A stretch of DNA of 64,000 nt from an uncultured Planctomycetaceae bacterium (GCA_963785305.1 CAWAUV010000007.1:128001-192000), one strand, 5' to 3'. Positions 9,725 through 20,687 are shown, counted from the first letter of the stretch. A program made the numbers and translations. The notes: generated by a model from the letters alone, not told the origin.

Positions 9725-10585
9725 TCATGTTTCGCAAGAGACCGCGTCCGTGGAGACGTTCGCGGTGGCCTCCGCGCCGGTCGATTTGGCGGGTTGTTTT
9801 GCTCGGGAGCCGGTGGGCGCTTTGGCCCCTTTTGCGGTCTCATCCACGGCCGCCGCGGCAGCCTGGCCGCGCAGGCGATAACTCTTGCCGGCGAACGAAA
9901 GCACTTCCGCGTGGTGCAAGAAACGATCGAGTATCGCCGTGGCGCTGGGCACGTCGCCGATCAATTTGCCCCAATCCTCCAGCGGCCGGTTGCTGGTCAT
10001 CACGGTGCTGCGCGTTTCGTAACGCCGCATGATGATCTCGAACAGAATTTCTCCGCTGCGGCGCGGCAGATTCTTCATCCCCATGTCGTCGACGATCAAC
10101 AAGTCGGGCTTCAGATATTTCGCCAGCGTCTTGTCATCGTCTCCCAAGGCGTCTTCATGCAGAAAGTCGCGCACCACGTCGAAGATCGACCGGTACAAGA
10201 CGACGAAGCCCTGCTTGATGGCATGATAGCCGATGGCTTGCACGACAAAGCTCTTGCCCGTGCCCGGCGGGCCGAGCAGCAGCGCGTCGCGGCGATCGCG
10301 CACGAACCGGCAAGTGGCCAGGTCGAAGACTTGCTTCTTGGGCAGCCCGGGGTTGAACGACCAGTCGAACTGATCGAGTGGTTTCATCTCGCGAAAGGCC
10401 GCTGCTTTCACGCGGCGGTTGATCTGCCGCTCGTCGCGCACCAGCAGTTCGTCCTGCAAGATGAGTTCCAGGAACTCGGCGTGCGTGAGTTGATGGCCGG
10501 CGGCTTCTTGCAGTCGCACGTCCAGCGTTTGGGCCAGGCCCGAAAGCCGCAGTTGTCGGAGCGTGGTCTGAAGTCGATCATGCAT
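9725..10585 (-). CDS. istB: IS21 helper ATPase
   Basis: GPPGTGKS Walker A, LLIVDD Walker B, TSNR, AILDRFLH. Confidence 0.95.
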   Translation of the reverse strand: MHDRLQTTLRQLRLSGLAQTLDVRLQEAAGHQLTHAEFLELILQDELLVRDERQINRRVKAAAFREMKPLDQFDWSFNPGLPKKQVFDLATCRFVRDRRDALLLGPPGTGKSFVVQAIGYHAIKQGFVVLYRSIFDVVRDFLHEDALGDDDKTLAKYLKPDLLIVDDMGMKNLPRRSGEILFEIIMRRYETRSTVMTSNRPLEDWGKLIGDVPSATAILDRFLHHAEVLSFAGKSYRLRGQAAAAAVDETAKGAKAPTGSRAKQPAKSTGAEATANVSTDAVSCET

Positions 10586-10632
10586 GGTCAATCTCCCAAG
10601 GAAACGAAACTGGTGAAACGGAAACAGGGTAA

Positions 10633-12471
10633 CTACGCTAAAAGGAATCCGGAGAAACGGAGCCGGGCTCTGCCGAGGGGCAACCTGGCAAGGGATATTC
10701 GGATCGAGGGCGCGTCGATCGCGCAGTCACAGCCCCGCGGGTCCGCGCCCGCGGGGCTGTTGTCTTGAGTCATCGCTCGAACGCCCGAGTCATGCCTTGC
10801 AAAACCTTCGCTCAGGGAGGAGCGATCCTCTTGGCGATGGATCGCCCGGGCCACCACGGCGGCATAATCGTCCAGCGGCCGGATGATGGGATGCTCTTCC
10901 AGAAACGGCAGCGGCTCCTGCTTCGCCGCCTCGCGCCCGAGCAGCTTGCGAATCGTGCGCAAGCGAAAGGCCCCGTGAGAAAGGGCCGTTTCGCAGGCCT
11001 TTTCCAGCGTATCCGGCGAATGCTTCTTGGCCAGGCCGAGCAGCCCCTGCAACACGCGCGTCCCTTCGATGCCCCGCGCGGTCAGCATCGCGCTGGCCCA
11101 CTCGTGCGTGCGCGGGCCGATCGCACTGAGCTTGTTCAACAGATACTCGGCCCCGCGCTCGAGTCCACTGATCTTGCGCGGATGCAGGTGCTCCCCTTGC
11201 GTGCTGAAGCGGCCCGGCTCGCGCCGCGCATGAATCGCGATCTGCTCGAAGCGGTGATTGAAGACTCGCACCAGCCGCGCGTCCCACCGCGCCCATACCG
11301 TGCGCGCGAGATATTCGGGCGGCACGGAGTAATACGCCTTGGCTACCTCAACGTGCCCGTCGCGATTCACTTTCCGCTGGGCTTCGTGGAACGAGGGGAA
11401 GCGTTCCAGCGGCAGCGGCAAGAGCGTGGTCCGCTCGACCTCGACAAACACCTTGCCGACTTGCCGCTTGGTCGTGCCGTGGATGCGCGTGTCGGCGATG
11501 CTCGCTTCCCAGTCCAACAGAAAGCGGTTCTGCTCTTCCAGGCTGGCGAATGAGCGCGCTCGCAGCGCGTTGCCTTTGACATAGCCGATGCCCCGTTCGA
11601 TCTTTCCTTTGTGCCGCGGCGTATACGGCCTGGTGGGCAGAATCACCGTGCCGTAATGCTGGCAGAACGATTGCAGCTTGGGTGTGAGCTCCGGATCGAA
11701 CCAGTCGGGATGCGCGACGGCCGCCTTGAGATTGTCGATGACCAGCGTCTTGGGCACGCCGCCGAAATGCACGAAGGCGTTTTCGATTGCGCCCAGGAAG
11801 TCTTCCGTCGTCTGGGTGAATGTCGCTTCGCTGTACGCCTTGCGCGAATGACTGAGCACGATGCGAAAGACGTGCGTCTTGCGCCGCTTGCCATCCGCGC
11901 CGACGACCGGCGCGCCAACGCCAAAGTCGACTTGCGCCTGTTCGCCGGGCTCGACTTCCATGCGGCGCATCGGCAGGGGCGTCCGGCCGGTGAGCCGCTG
12001 AGCGAATCGCCGTACGCTCCAGTAACGGGCCGTGAAACCGTGATCCGCCACCAAGTCCTGGTGAATTCGCTGCACCGAAAGGCCCTGATCCAACTTGGCC
12101 TGGATCAGTTCGCGGTAGGGCTCGCAGACACTTCGCTGCCCGGCCACGCATGCCGGCTGGTCGTCGCCGAACTGGGGCGGCGACCCGGTGGGCGCTTTGG
12201 CGGCATTTGGATCCGCGGAAACACCCACCGGTTCGGCACGACCGGACCTTTCGCGGCCCGGAGCCGGCACCGTGGGCAAAGTGGTCCCTTTTGGCACCTC
12301 GGACCCGGTGGGCGCTTTGGTCCCTTTTGGGCCGCCCAACTGGCGCAATAGATGCCGACGGACCGTCTTTCGGTCGATCGCCAACTCTTCGGCAATGCGC
12401 CGCTGGGACCAACCTAACGAATGTAATTGCAGGATCGCTTGAACTGTCGCCATTGTGAGACGATTCGCCAT
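10633..12471 (-). CDS. istA: IS21 DDE transposase
   Basis: N-terminal HTH; PGEQAQVDF, IDNLKAAV, PRHKGKIER motifs. Confidence 0.95.
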   Translation of the reverse strand: MANRLTMATVQAILQLHSLGWSQRRIAEELAIDRKTVRRHLLRQLGGPKGTKAPTGSEVPKGTTLPTVPAPGRERSGRAEPVGVSADPNAAKAPTGSPPQFGDDQPACVAGQRSVCEPYRELIQAKLDQGLSVQRIHQDLVADHGFTARYWSVRRFAQRLTGRTPLPMRRMEVEPGEQAQVDFGVGAPVVGADGKRRKTHVFRIVLSHSRKAYSEATFTQTTEDFLGAIENAFVHFGGVPKTLVIDNLKAAVAHPDWFDPELTPKLQSFCQHYGTVILPTRPYTPRHKGKIERGIGYVKGNALRARSFASLEEQNRFLLDWEASIADTRIHGTTKRQVGKVFVEVERTTLLPLPLERFPSFHEAQRKVNRDGHVEVAKAYYSVPPEYLARTVWARWDARLVRVFNHRFEQIAIHARREPGRFSTQGEHLHPRKISGLERGAEYLLNKLSAIGPRTHEWASAMLTARGIEGTRVLQGLLGLAKKHSPDTLEKACETALSHGAFRLRTIRKLLGREAAKQEPLPFLEEHPIIRPLDDYAAVVARAIHRQEDRSSLSEGFARHDSGVRAMTQDNSPAGADPRGCDCAIDAPSIRISLARLPLGRARLRFSGFLLA

Positions 12472-12599
12472 ATTCGGTCTCCTTCAGCACGTGAGGTACT
12501 GAAGAAGCCCATACGTCGAATCCGGCTCCTAAATATGGCCCCTTTTCAAGCGCCCTTCACTGGTCCCTTTTAAGCGCCCACTGACATGCGGGCACACAT

Positions 12600-14288
12600 T
12601 CAGAGCGCTTCCGTCGCAATGACGGTCAGCAGGTGCTTGCCGCGCGACGCGGCGACGTAGTAATCGGCGTTGCTGAAATACTTCTTGGTGTCTGGCTTCG
12701 GGATGCCCGCGAGGATCAGGGCGTCGGCTTCGAGGCCCTTGAAGCGGCGGCAGGTTGACAGCAGCACGCCTTTGCCGGCCCGCCAGTGGTCAAAGTTGTC
12801 GGTGAGAGGGATGTTCCCGAAGTTCGCTGGCCATTCCTTGCCGGGGTCGGTCGTGGTCAAGATCGCCACCTTGCTCCAAGACAGATTGCCGCGATCTCGC
12901 AAGCACCATTCCTGAACTTGTTCGCGGGCACGCTTGACGACATCGGCATCGGAAACCGCAACGACGACTTTTGGCGCGGAGCCGTTGGGTGCCTCCTCGT
13001 GGACATCAATCGTTTCGTGGATGATCTCGCCGCACATGCGGGCGATGAGGCGGGTATTTCGGCAATTCGTCGGCAACACGAACGGGCCTGCAAGATTGGA
13101 CGGGAGCGTCGGCTGGCTGATGTAGATGTTCTGCTTGGGGTCGTAGAAGACGTAAAGTGGAAAAGTGGGATCGGCTGTGCGCTGCACTTTTTCGAGGGCC
13201 ATCCACCAAAGGTCTTGGAAGTCTTGCCCTTCGTCCACTACGATCGCTTCGAATTTGTGTTCCGGGCCGAGTGACTGGCAGGCATTCATTAGCAGATCGG
13301 GAGCAGTGTAGGACCAAAACTCTGCGTCACCCATCGCTCCATTGAAAGGAATGCTCGCCTGCTTGCAGTACGTTGAGCACAAGCGGTGAAACGTGTCGAT
13401 GGTGACCAGTTCACGGAACTTGGCGGGAAGCTGTTGGTCGAGCCAGTCGGCTAGGGGCCGATTGAAGCAGAGCAACAGCGTTTTCTTCCCCTGCCGAGCG
13501 AATCGCTGGGCCTGCGCCATCGCGAGGATCGTCTTTCCGGAGCCAGCCACGCCTTCAATGGCAGCGCGCGGCTGTTTGGCCAGCATCCCCAACACCATTT
13601 CCTGGTCCGTGGTGAGCCGTTTGAGCTTCTCCTCCTGGTCTTCGACGGTTCGCCAAAGAACCGGCGTCAACTTGAAGATTGGGCTCAGACTCTCCTGGAT
13701 CGCGTCCCGCATCCGCTCGTCGATGGGCCGGGCGTGAGTCGTTCGGCTCCAGACTTCCAGAGCCCGGCGAACCTTGTTTGCCAGGTCGGGGACATCGTTG
13801 GCGCTGAACACGATTTCGCGTTCGGCGTCTGGTGGCAGTGGGCCGGAATAGACGCAGTGAGGGAAGGCGACGGCGTAGCCGTGGGCGAAGGGGAGAATAT
13901 TCTGGCCCCGCAAGGAGTCGTGGGCGAGAATCATGTCGCGGATCGCGTAGAGATTGCGGGAAGCCTGGTCGAATGGGTTTTGAATCTTGTCCCGGGCGCC
14001 TCGATCATGAACGCGAAAGAACTCGTGGGCGCCGGGCTCGTATTCTATCGTGCCGCCCTTCACTTCGAGGACGAGCAAGCCGTGGTCGGGAACAACGACG
14101 ATGAAGTCCGTTTCGCCGGGCTGAAGGAACTGCTTGCGTGAATAGTCGCTGCGGGTCAGGTGCAGCCAGGGATAGCTGTGGTAGACGAGGCACGACTCCG
14201 GCAGTTGTCGCACCAATTCTGTGGCGATGATCCGTTCGCCGCCATTTGTGATGGTGGAGACATCTACTTTTGGAATCAGGCGGGCCAT
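12600..14288 (-). CDS. NERD nuclease-SF1 helicase fusion
   Basis: GETDF...LVLEVKGG NERD motif; GVAGSGKT, IVVDEGQD, NCRN, FKGLE, YVAASR helicase motifs. Confidence 0.9.
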   Translation of the reverse strand: MARLIPKVDVSTITNGGERIIATELVRQLPESCLVYHSYPWLHLTRSDYSRKQFLQPGETDFIVVVPDHGLLVLEVKGGTIEYEPGAHEFFRVHDRGARDKIQNPFDQASRNLYAIRDMILAHDSLRGQNILPFAHGYAVAFPHCVYSGPLPPDAEREIVFSANDVPDLANKVRRALEVWSRTTHARPIDERMRDAIQESLSPIFKLTPVLWRTVEDQEEKLKRLTTDQEMVLGMLAKQPRAAIEGVAGSGKTILAMAQAQRFARQGKKTLLLCFNRPLADWLDQQLPAKFRELVTIDTFHRLCSTYCKQASIPFNGAMGDAEFWSYTAPDLLMNACQSLGPEHKFEAIVVDEGQDFQDLWWMALEKVQRTADPTFPLYVFYDPKQNIYISQPTLPSNLAGPFVLPTNCRNTRLIARMCGEIIHETIDVHEEAPNGSAPKVVVAVSDADVVKRAREQVQEWCLRDRGNLSWSKVAILTTTDPGKEWPANFGNIPLTDNFDHWRAGKGVLLSTCRRFKGLEADALILAGIPKPDTKKYFSNADYYVAASRGKHLLTVIATEAL

Positions 14289-14382
14289 CGTAAGGGCTCC
14301 TTGTGACTCGACCAATCGGCTAATCGAGCTTGCACTGCTTCCAGAATGTCCTGTTGGGTGGCACGAGGAGTCTTCCCTCAGC

Positions 14383-16005
14383 TCAATCTTTCCTGGTATC
14401 TGGTTTCTTTGATTGGAGTTCTCTTGCCGTTTGCCTCCACAAGGTTTCGAGGTCAATCAGCGGCATCGTGAACACTCGAAGTACCCGTTCGACCGGCTCC
14501 TCGAACATGGACTTGACTTGCCTGGCATCTTCGATCGCAGGTTCGCCAAGGTCGGCAACCAATGTGCCTGGTAGCGCCTTTTCATAGAACCCGGCTGGTT
14601 TGCGTTTTTCGTTTGCCCCGATGAATGTGTCGTGTAACGGATGTTTTGACAAACGCTTGCCGAGTTTTGCGTGGTCAACCGACGATATTGGCAATACCTT
14701 GGCGGCGTTCAGGTCGAGACAAAGTTCCCTCTCAAAACACTCCTTGATGGCCATCTCCACCTCTGGTGAAACGAGATAGCCCGGCATCCGTTCGATCCTG
14801 GCATCGGCCGTTTTGTTCAGGACGGCAAACGACTCGCGTGCCCAAACCATCCCAGGTTGCTCGGGCCGGATTCCGTTTTCTGGAAATACGACGTGTTCGA
14901 CTTCAAGATAGTATTGGTAATTTGGCTTAACCGATCCATCGACTTGGGATGCATTCGTGCGTGAGGTCGGGAACTCAAAGTCGTAGACTTCAACAGGTTG
15001 CCCGGTCGAAATCGTCTCAAGCCTCCTAGCCGCGCGAACCCCGTTGCTCATCGCGGCAAGTTGGCGCTCGTCAAGGACGACCGCGCTAAACCCAATGATT
15101 GGATCAGGTGACGGGTTCGTGCTGGCCTGTCGTGAATTCGGGCCGGCTTTCTGTGTTGTCCCTCGGCAAAGCAGCATCGTCGGCTGGCTGCCGGCACGGA
15201 GGTCGGCCTCGGACATCCAGACCAGGACCAAGACGTGAGCCGTATTGTCGTAAAGTTTGCCCCCCTCGTCTTCTTCTAAGGCCTGAAGGTAGATGCCTCG
15301 TTTTTCGAGGGAGCCCCATTGAAGTGGCGTGGCAGTAGTTCCATCGGCTTTGCGCACAGCTAGAACAATCGTGTTTTGGTCGAGTCCTGCCGATCGGGTA
15401 TTTCGACAGCCTTTTTGTCGCCACTCCTCGAATCTCGGGCGGTTCGCTGAGGTTGCTGGCAAGCAAGCTGGAAATTGATACGCCTTGAGAAGGTGCCCAT
15501 TTACATCGCTGGCGAGACCGGTGCCGGCTCCCTCAAGGTCTCTTGGGTGAAACTCCGTCTCGATCCGTAATGAAGCCTCGGCATTTCGCGAACCACCAGG
15601 CCCAAGCGCTCGCCGTGTCCAGTTGTGAGAGCCAATGTACACGACTGCCTTCTGCTCATGCTCCATCGCCAGAAACACAAGCTTTGAATGAAACAGGGTC
15701 AACGCCTTCGGTTCATCCCCATCATCGATCAGGGGATCCATGAAGTACTTCAGGCGAACTCCGGAATCGCTCATTGATTCCTGTAGCCGAAGAAGCGGTT
15801 CGTATCCGAACGTGCAAGTAAGAGAACTAACGCCGAAGGAACGCGAATCACGTAACGCCGCAACGAGCAAGTTGCGGCCGATTGACGTCACGCCTGCTTC
15901 AGAAACATAGGCAACGATAAAACGACATACCGTAGCGCGTGCGAGATCGCGCTGCATTTGGTCCCGAAATTCTAGGGACACCAGTGACTTGCTGAATAGG
16001 TCCAT
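14383..16005 (-). CDS. Phospholipase D-family nuclease (DrmC-like) with long C-terminal region
   Basis: FHSKL...YIGSHNWT...NAE motifs of PLD nucleases. Confidence 0.75.
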   Translation of the reverse strand: MDLFSKSLVSLEFRDQMQRDLARATVCRFIVAYVSEAGVTSIGRNLLVAALRDSRSFGVSSLTCTFGYEPLLRLQESMSDSGVRLKYFMDPLIDDGDEPKALTLFHSKLVFLAMEHEQKAVVYIGSHNWTRRALGPGGSRNAEASLRIETEFHPRDLEGAGTGLASDVNGHLLKAYQFPACLPATSANRPRFEEWRQKGCRNTRSAGLDQNTIVLAVRKADGTTATPLQWGSLEKRGIYLQALEEDEGGKLYDNTAHVLVLVWMSEADLRAGSQPTMLLCRGTTQKAGPNSRQASTNPSPDPIIGFSAVVLDERQLAAMSNGVRAARRLETISTGQPVEVYDFEFPTSRTNASQVDGSVKPNYQYYLEVEHVVFPENGIRPEQPGMVWARESFAVLNKTADARIERMPGYLVSPEVEMAIKECFERELCLDLNAAKVLPISSVDHAKLGKRLSKHPLHDTFIGANEKRKPAGFYEKALPGTLVADLGEPAIEDARQVKSMFEEPVERVLRVFTMPLIDLETLWRQTARELQSKKPDTRKD

Positions 16006-16139
16006 CGATTCATTCCATCAAGATCGCCCTAGATGCAGGGAGCTTGTCGCTTGTCGTATTTCGGAAACTGCTACATCAGACACTCCACCGTGTAGTGCCA
16101 CTTTAGGGCCTGTGTTAAGCGATGCGTCATCGAGCTTCC

Positions 16140-19100
16140 TCATGTGTCGAGGGGGTCCAGGACGGCGAGCGGCCGAAACGACGGCCAATCCTCAAGAGGA
16201 ATCCTCACCTGTGACGGCGGCACCGGGCCACGGAGCGTCACCACCATGAGTTTCTGTTTAGTGTTGGCATCGGTGAGTTCCTGATAGGTCAGTTTGCCCA
16301 ACGCGACCGGGACTGCTGTGTTGCCCCGCTTCAGGTCCGGGTGTCGGACCAGAACCCAGGTATCGGGGGCCGGGAGTTCGTCGCCATCGGCTATCGTCTT
16401 GCATTTCCAACGGCGCTCTACGCCAGTGCTGGCTGCTTGATTGTCGAGAACTAGCTTGAACGACTGTGGAAGCATTGCACCTTCTGCAACATCAGCGAGC
16501 AGCCATTCATCCGCCGGGGTAATTCGATAGCCTTGCGGACAATGGATGTGTGAAGGCCAGTTTTCAGGCTTGGGTTGATTGGGTTCCCATTCTGGCAATG
16601 AATTGACTGGCGCACCTGGCGCCGGATCGAGCCGAGTCTGATAGGGCTGCCTTGTCCGGATGGCTACCTGCAATGCGTCGTAGCTTTCGAGGATGAGACG
16701 TTTGGAACGGTATTCACCCCCGTATTTCTCTTCATCCTTGCGGCGGACGATAGCGAAGGTGTCCATTATGTAGGCAACCGCATCGCGTGGAGTGAGAAAG
16801 CTCTCCTTAAGGCGCTCGACATCCTGCGCTGCTTCGTTTTGGGCAGTGATCCAATGGCCGTCAGTGTCGGAGGGAAGGTAGAGATGGAAGAAGGCAGCAT
16901 CGAGTTCCGCGCGGAGCAAGCTGCGACGCTCCTCGTTCCAACGAAATGGCGGCCCGACATATCCGCAGTCCCGCGCGAATGGTGCTAAGTCCCAAGCCGT
17001 ATAACTCAATTCAAGGACTCGCTGCCGGAGCCACTGCTCGATCGATACGTGCTGATCCCATGTGGTAGCACGCCGACACGTTAGAGGCGTTGGCAACGGA
17101 AGCTGTTTGAAGATGTAGTCTGAAAGATGAATACCGCCGATCATTTGACGACTTACATAGTCGAAAATGAATGAGTTCATTCCTGAGCTAAAGACCACGG
17201 CACCTAACACCGGATCGAGGCAGGGGAAACCCACGCGGAGCGTAAAGTCAGTGCCTGCCCGAGGAAGAACTGTAGCACTAACAGTTCGGGCCATAGTGTT
17301 TACGTCAGTGATGTCTTGCCATGTCAGCAACCATTGCTGCGACCATTGCTCCGGCAAGCTCGATTCAACGACAGCTCGTGGAATCCAATAACGAGGCAGC
17401 ACGAACTTGTTCGGGTCTATGAGTGCAGCTGTATCGAACGCCTGCGTTCGGCCGTTTATGTAGCTCTGCTTACGATGATTGAATTGGTCGACGAGTTTCG
17501 CTTCAAACATCGCAACATCATCACTTTTGGCTGCGGTCGTTGCTGCCACACTACAGGATTCAGAGTTCTCCGCCTTATTCATATCGAACACGCGCCGAAT
17601 GAATAAGTCCCAATGATTCGTGCTTTCGCCGTCGTTAACGATCACTGGAGATCGGCGATAGATCGCCGCGATAACCGAAGCGTCGCGACGAGACCGAAAA
17701 ACCGGGCACGTACGCGTATTTGGATTGAGTGCCGCAATATCATGGGCAGTCAACGTAAATTGTCGATCGGGATTTCTCGCCTCGCCAATGCTTTGAGCAT
17801 AGAAGACCATTGGAATTGCATTCGGATTCGTATTTGCGGCCCCGCCTATGGTGATTAAGCAGAAGCGAGTTGATTGCTTGACCGCTGGAAATAGCTTCTC
17901 CTTGTTGTCAAATGAGTAAAGTGAATGCAAGACTCGCCGGTTAACAATATCCTCGAAAAAGAACCGCGTCGTGTTGTCAGTAGCAATTCCCGCTTGCAGA
18001 ATGCAGCCAATGAGGCCTTGGCGAGCAATGATTGAGGCGTTGAGCTCAGCAAAGATCGAATATGTGTTGATTTCACCGCGGGCACATAGCGGGTACCGGT
18101 GCGAATTGCGGATGAAGTGATTTGTTCCTTCGACATGCCGCTGATCATTTTTGAACTGCGCGAATAACAACGCATCTTCATTCCTCAAGCCGTCGATAAG
18201 TCGCGTGCGCACGGCAGCGGTGCTGGCGGACGCGATGTCTGGACGACTGGCCGCAAACCATTCATCCTCTTGAATCTTGATTCGCTCCCATGGAGGATTG
18301 CCAAGGATGATATCGAACCCGCCCATCCATCCCGTGTGCTCGTTAGCTGCAACTTCATCCTTTTCTGGCAGACGAAAAACATCGGGGAAGGCAAGATGCC
18401 AGTGGAAGAACTGATGTCCGCCTGATTCCGAGGAGCCAGCTAAACGAAGAATTTCAGCTTTGACATGTGGCAATAAACCAGAAGTGGCATGAGATTCGAC
18501 CTTCCGAAAATCCCTCTCAGTGGGGCATAGCTTCCCCAGTTCGGAATCATCTTTTTTCCAGACAAACGCAGCACACCATGTGTCGGCCAGCAGTCGTCCG
18601 TATTGATAGCCGCTCCCTTTTACAAACTCTGCGTAACGTCGTTCCTTTTCTGCAACTTCTTCGGGCGTGTCGCCCGACGCATCATTGATACTTGCCAGTT
18701 CCACTGCGAGATTAACGAGCTTGAACGGCGGGTCAAATAGGTATCCTTGCCCAGCGGCGTAATCTTTGCGCTCTTGCTTATTTTGTTTCTTAAGAGCAGA
18801 GACGCGGGTCTTTGCGTCGCCTTCAATTGCTAAAAAGGCGTCGTCTGGAATTCCATTGTTAAGAAGTGCTGGCGTTGTTCCCAACAAGCTGTTTCCACAC
18901 TGGATGTGGTGTTCAAGAAAAGAAAACGGACGCCCAGGATCGAGCGCTTCTATCCAGAGAGCAACCTGGCAAAGCTCTACGGCCATCGGATTCATGTCCA
19001 CGCCATAGATACAGCGGCCGATGATGTCTCGTTTGGCATGTTGAATCGCGAGGGTGCTTGGCTCCTCGTCGCCCGTACGCAGACTGGCCAGGTGCTTTGC

Positions 19101-20687
19101 CAAACGCTCTGCCGCCGCGATCAGAAAATGGCCGCTACCGCACGCCGGGTCGCAAACCTTGAGATTCAATAGGGCCTTTTCAGCTTCGGCTCCTGTGGGC
19201 TTGTTGAGTGCTCCTTTGACGACAGGGTCGAGGGCCGAATCGAGAAGGCAGTTGATGAGCGATGTGGGCGTGTAGTAGCTACCGGTTGTCTTGCGTTCGT
19301 GCCCAGCAGCCGTGCCCAGGCTGAACGGCCCCTCATCGGTGTCGATCTTAGGGTGCAGTTCGAGGAGTGATTCGTACACACTGCCGAGTTCGTCGCTGCC
19401 GAGGTTGGCGAAGTCAACCGGCCGCCGCACGACTCCACCACGGCCCGACGTGTCGTCGGTAATGCAAAGCGCCCGAGTGGCGTCGAGCAAGAACTCGTTC
19501 GTCAACGGGGCAGCATCCAGGTCCGGCGTGGCGGTCGGCGAGAACAGAAACGAGCCAAGTCCGGGTATGCCGAGTGGTCCGTAGCCGGTCCGCAGCTTGA
19601 GGAATAGCAGCTTTAGAGAGTCGTACAAGTCGGTGTGCGTCGTCCCGCGCCTCTTGCCGGCGAGGGTCCGCAAACGGCCGACCGAGTAATACTGCGCGTA
19701 CCGCTGCCGTGACTGTTCCGGAGTGCCGGGAGGATGCAACAGGTTCCGACCGTTTTCATCCTTCTTTTCCTCCGCCACAAGCAATAGCAGCAGCCGATAG
19801 ACCATCCGCAGCAACTGGCGGTAGTAGTCTTGCGTTGCTAGTTCCCCGCTACTCAATCGTTCGCGGAGAGCCGCGTTGCCTTTGGTCGTGAGAAAACCAG
19901 CACCTAACGCCTTGATCGCGTTTTCCACGCCATCGCGGAGTTTCTCGCGGGCACGGGTGCCCTGATCGTCGGCCAGTTTCGACCACTTCTCCAGCCAGCA
20001 GTCTTCGGGCTTGCCGTCCGATGGAATCTCGACTCGCGATTCGTGACAGAGTAAGAAGAGCAGCTTGAAGTCCGAGAACACGTCGCCGTCAAACATCGCC
20101 TCCAGGTCGAACTCGACGTTCGCCGCCCGCGTCAGGCTGACGTTGTCGCGGAGCACGTAGAGCATGCGCCCGTTCGATAGAAAGCCCCAGCGGTGCTGGG
20201 CCGAGCGGTTCAGCAGTTCCTGCACCAGGCTGTACGGACTGCGGGAAGCAGCCCCAGCCGCACCGGGCGTCCGCTTATCAAGCTCCAATTTGCTGGAAAC
20301 TAGATGGATAGGAATATGCCCGCCCCAGGCATGACTGATGGGGTAGGTCTTGTCCTCGATGGGGATGGCCTTCTGCGGTTGGAGCCGGCCGTAACCCAGT
20401 TCCTTGAAGAGAGGCAGCAGCCAGCGTTCACGGGTGAGTGTTGTTCCGGCGTCTGATGCGGGGAGTTTCTGTTGTTCCTGGCGAAACCGTTTCCACGCGG
20501 CCGAGCACTCGTTCCAGGCACGGGCAGCCGCTTCGTTGAGGCGGTCGCCAGCGTCAAGGTGATACGACTCCGGCGTGAGACCCGGCAGATTGGCATTTCC
20601 ATCGGCGATGCGCGCGAGCAAGTCGATCGGCAACAATAGGCCGGCGGTCTTTACCGTCGAGAACGGGTTGCGTGTTCTGCTTCGCAC
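16140..20687 (-). CDS. Eco57I-like (type IIG) N6-adenine methyltransferase, DrmMI-like
   Basis: LGSVYESLL, GSYYTP, DPACGSGHF (motif I), GNPPW (motif IV). Confidence 0.92.
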   Translation of the reverse strand: MRSRTRNPFSTVKTAGLLLPIDLLARIADGNANLPGLTPESYHLDAGDRLNEAAARAWNECSAAWKRFRQEQQKLPASDAGTTLTRERWLLPLFKELGYGRLQPQKAIPIEDKTYPISHAWGGHIPIHLVSSKLELDKRTPGAAGAASRSPYSLVQELLNRSAQHRWGFLSNGRMLYVLRDNVSLTRAANVEFDLEAMFDGDVFSDFKLLFLLCHESRVEIPSDGKPEDCWLEKWSKLADDQGTRAREKLRDGVENAIKALGAGFLTTKGNAALRERLSSGELATQDYYRQLLRMVYRLLLLLVAEEKKDENGRNLLHPPGTPEQSRQRYAQYYSVGRLRTLAGKRRGTTHTDLYDSLKLLFLKLRTGYGPLGIPGLGSFLFSPTATPDLDAAPLTNEFLLDATRALCITDDTSGRGGVVRRPVDFANLGSDELGSVYESLLELHPKIDTDEGPFSLGTAAGHERKTTGSYYTPTSLINCLLDSALDPVVKGALNKPTGAEAEKALLNLKVCDPACGSGHFLIAAAERLAKHLASLRTGDEEPSTLAIQHAKRDIIGRCIYGVDMNPMAVELCQVALWIEALDPGRPFSFLEHHIQCGNSLLGTTPALLNNGIPDDAFLAIEGDAKTRVSALKKQNKQERKDYAAGQGYLFDPPFKLVNLAVELASINDASGDTPEEVAEKERRYAEFVKGSGYQYGRLLADTWCAAFVWKKDDSELGKLCPTERDFRKVESHATSGLLPHVKAEILRLAGSSESGGHQFFHWHLAFPDVFRLPEKDEVAANEHTGWMGGFDIILGNPPWERIKIQEDEWFAASRPDIASASTAAVRTRLIDGLRNEDALLFAQFKNDQRHVEGTNHFIRNSHRYPLCARGEINTYSIFAELNASIIARQGLIGCILQAGIATDNTTRFFFEDIVNRRVLHSLYSFDNKEKLFPAVKQSTRFCLITIGGAANTNPNAIPMVFYAQSIGEARNPDRQFTLTAHDIAALNPNTRTCPVFRSRRDASVIAAIYRRSPVIVNDGESTNHWDLFIRRVFDMNKAENSESCSVAATTAAKSDDVAMFEAKLVDQFNHRKQSYINGRTQAFDTAALIDPNKFVLPRYWIPRAVVESSLPEQWSQQWLLTWQDITDVNTMARTVSATVLPRAGTDFTLRVGFPCLDPVLGAVVFSSGMNSFIFDYVSRQMIGGIHLSDYIFKQLPLPTPLTCRRATTWDQHVSIEQWLRQRVLELSYTAWDLAPFARDCGYVGPPFRWNEERRSLLRAELDAAFFHLYLPSDTDGHWITAQNEAAQDVERLKESFLTPRDAVAYIMDTFAIVRRKDEEKYGGEYRSKRLILESYDALQVAIRTRQPYQTRLDPAPGAPVNSLPEWEPNQPKPENWPSHIHCPQGYRITPADEWLLADVAEGAMLPQSFKLVLDNQAASTGVERRWKCKTIADGDELPAPDTWVLVRHPDLKRGNTAVPVALGKLTYQELTDANTKQKLMVVTLRGPVPPSQVRIPLEDWPSFRPLAVLDPLDT

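Larger units (their letters stand above)
9641..12586 (-). mobile_element. IS21-family insertion sequence
   Basis: Ends TGTCATTGGGCGCTTGAAAAGGGACCA and (reverse complement) TGTCAGTGGGCGCTTAAAAGGGACCA; 6-bp TSD TGCGGG at 9635-9640 and 12587-12592. Confidence 0.95.
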
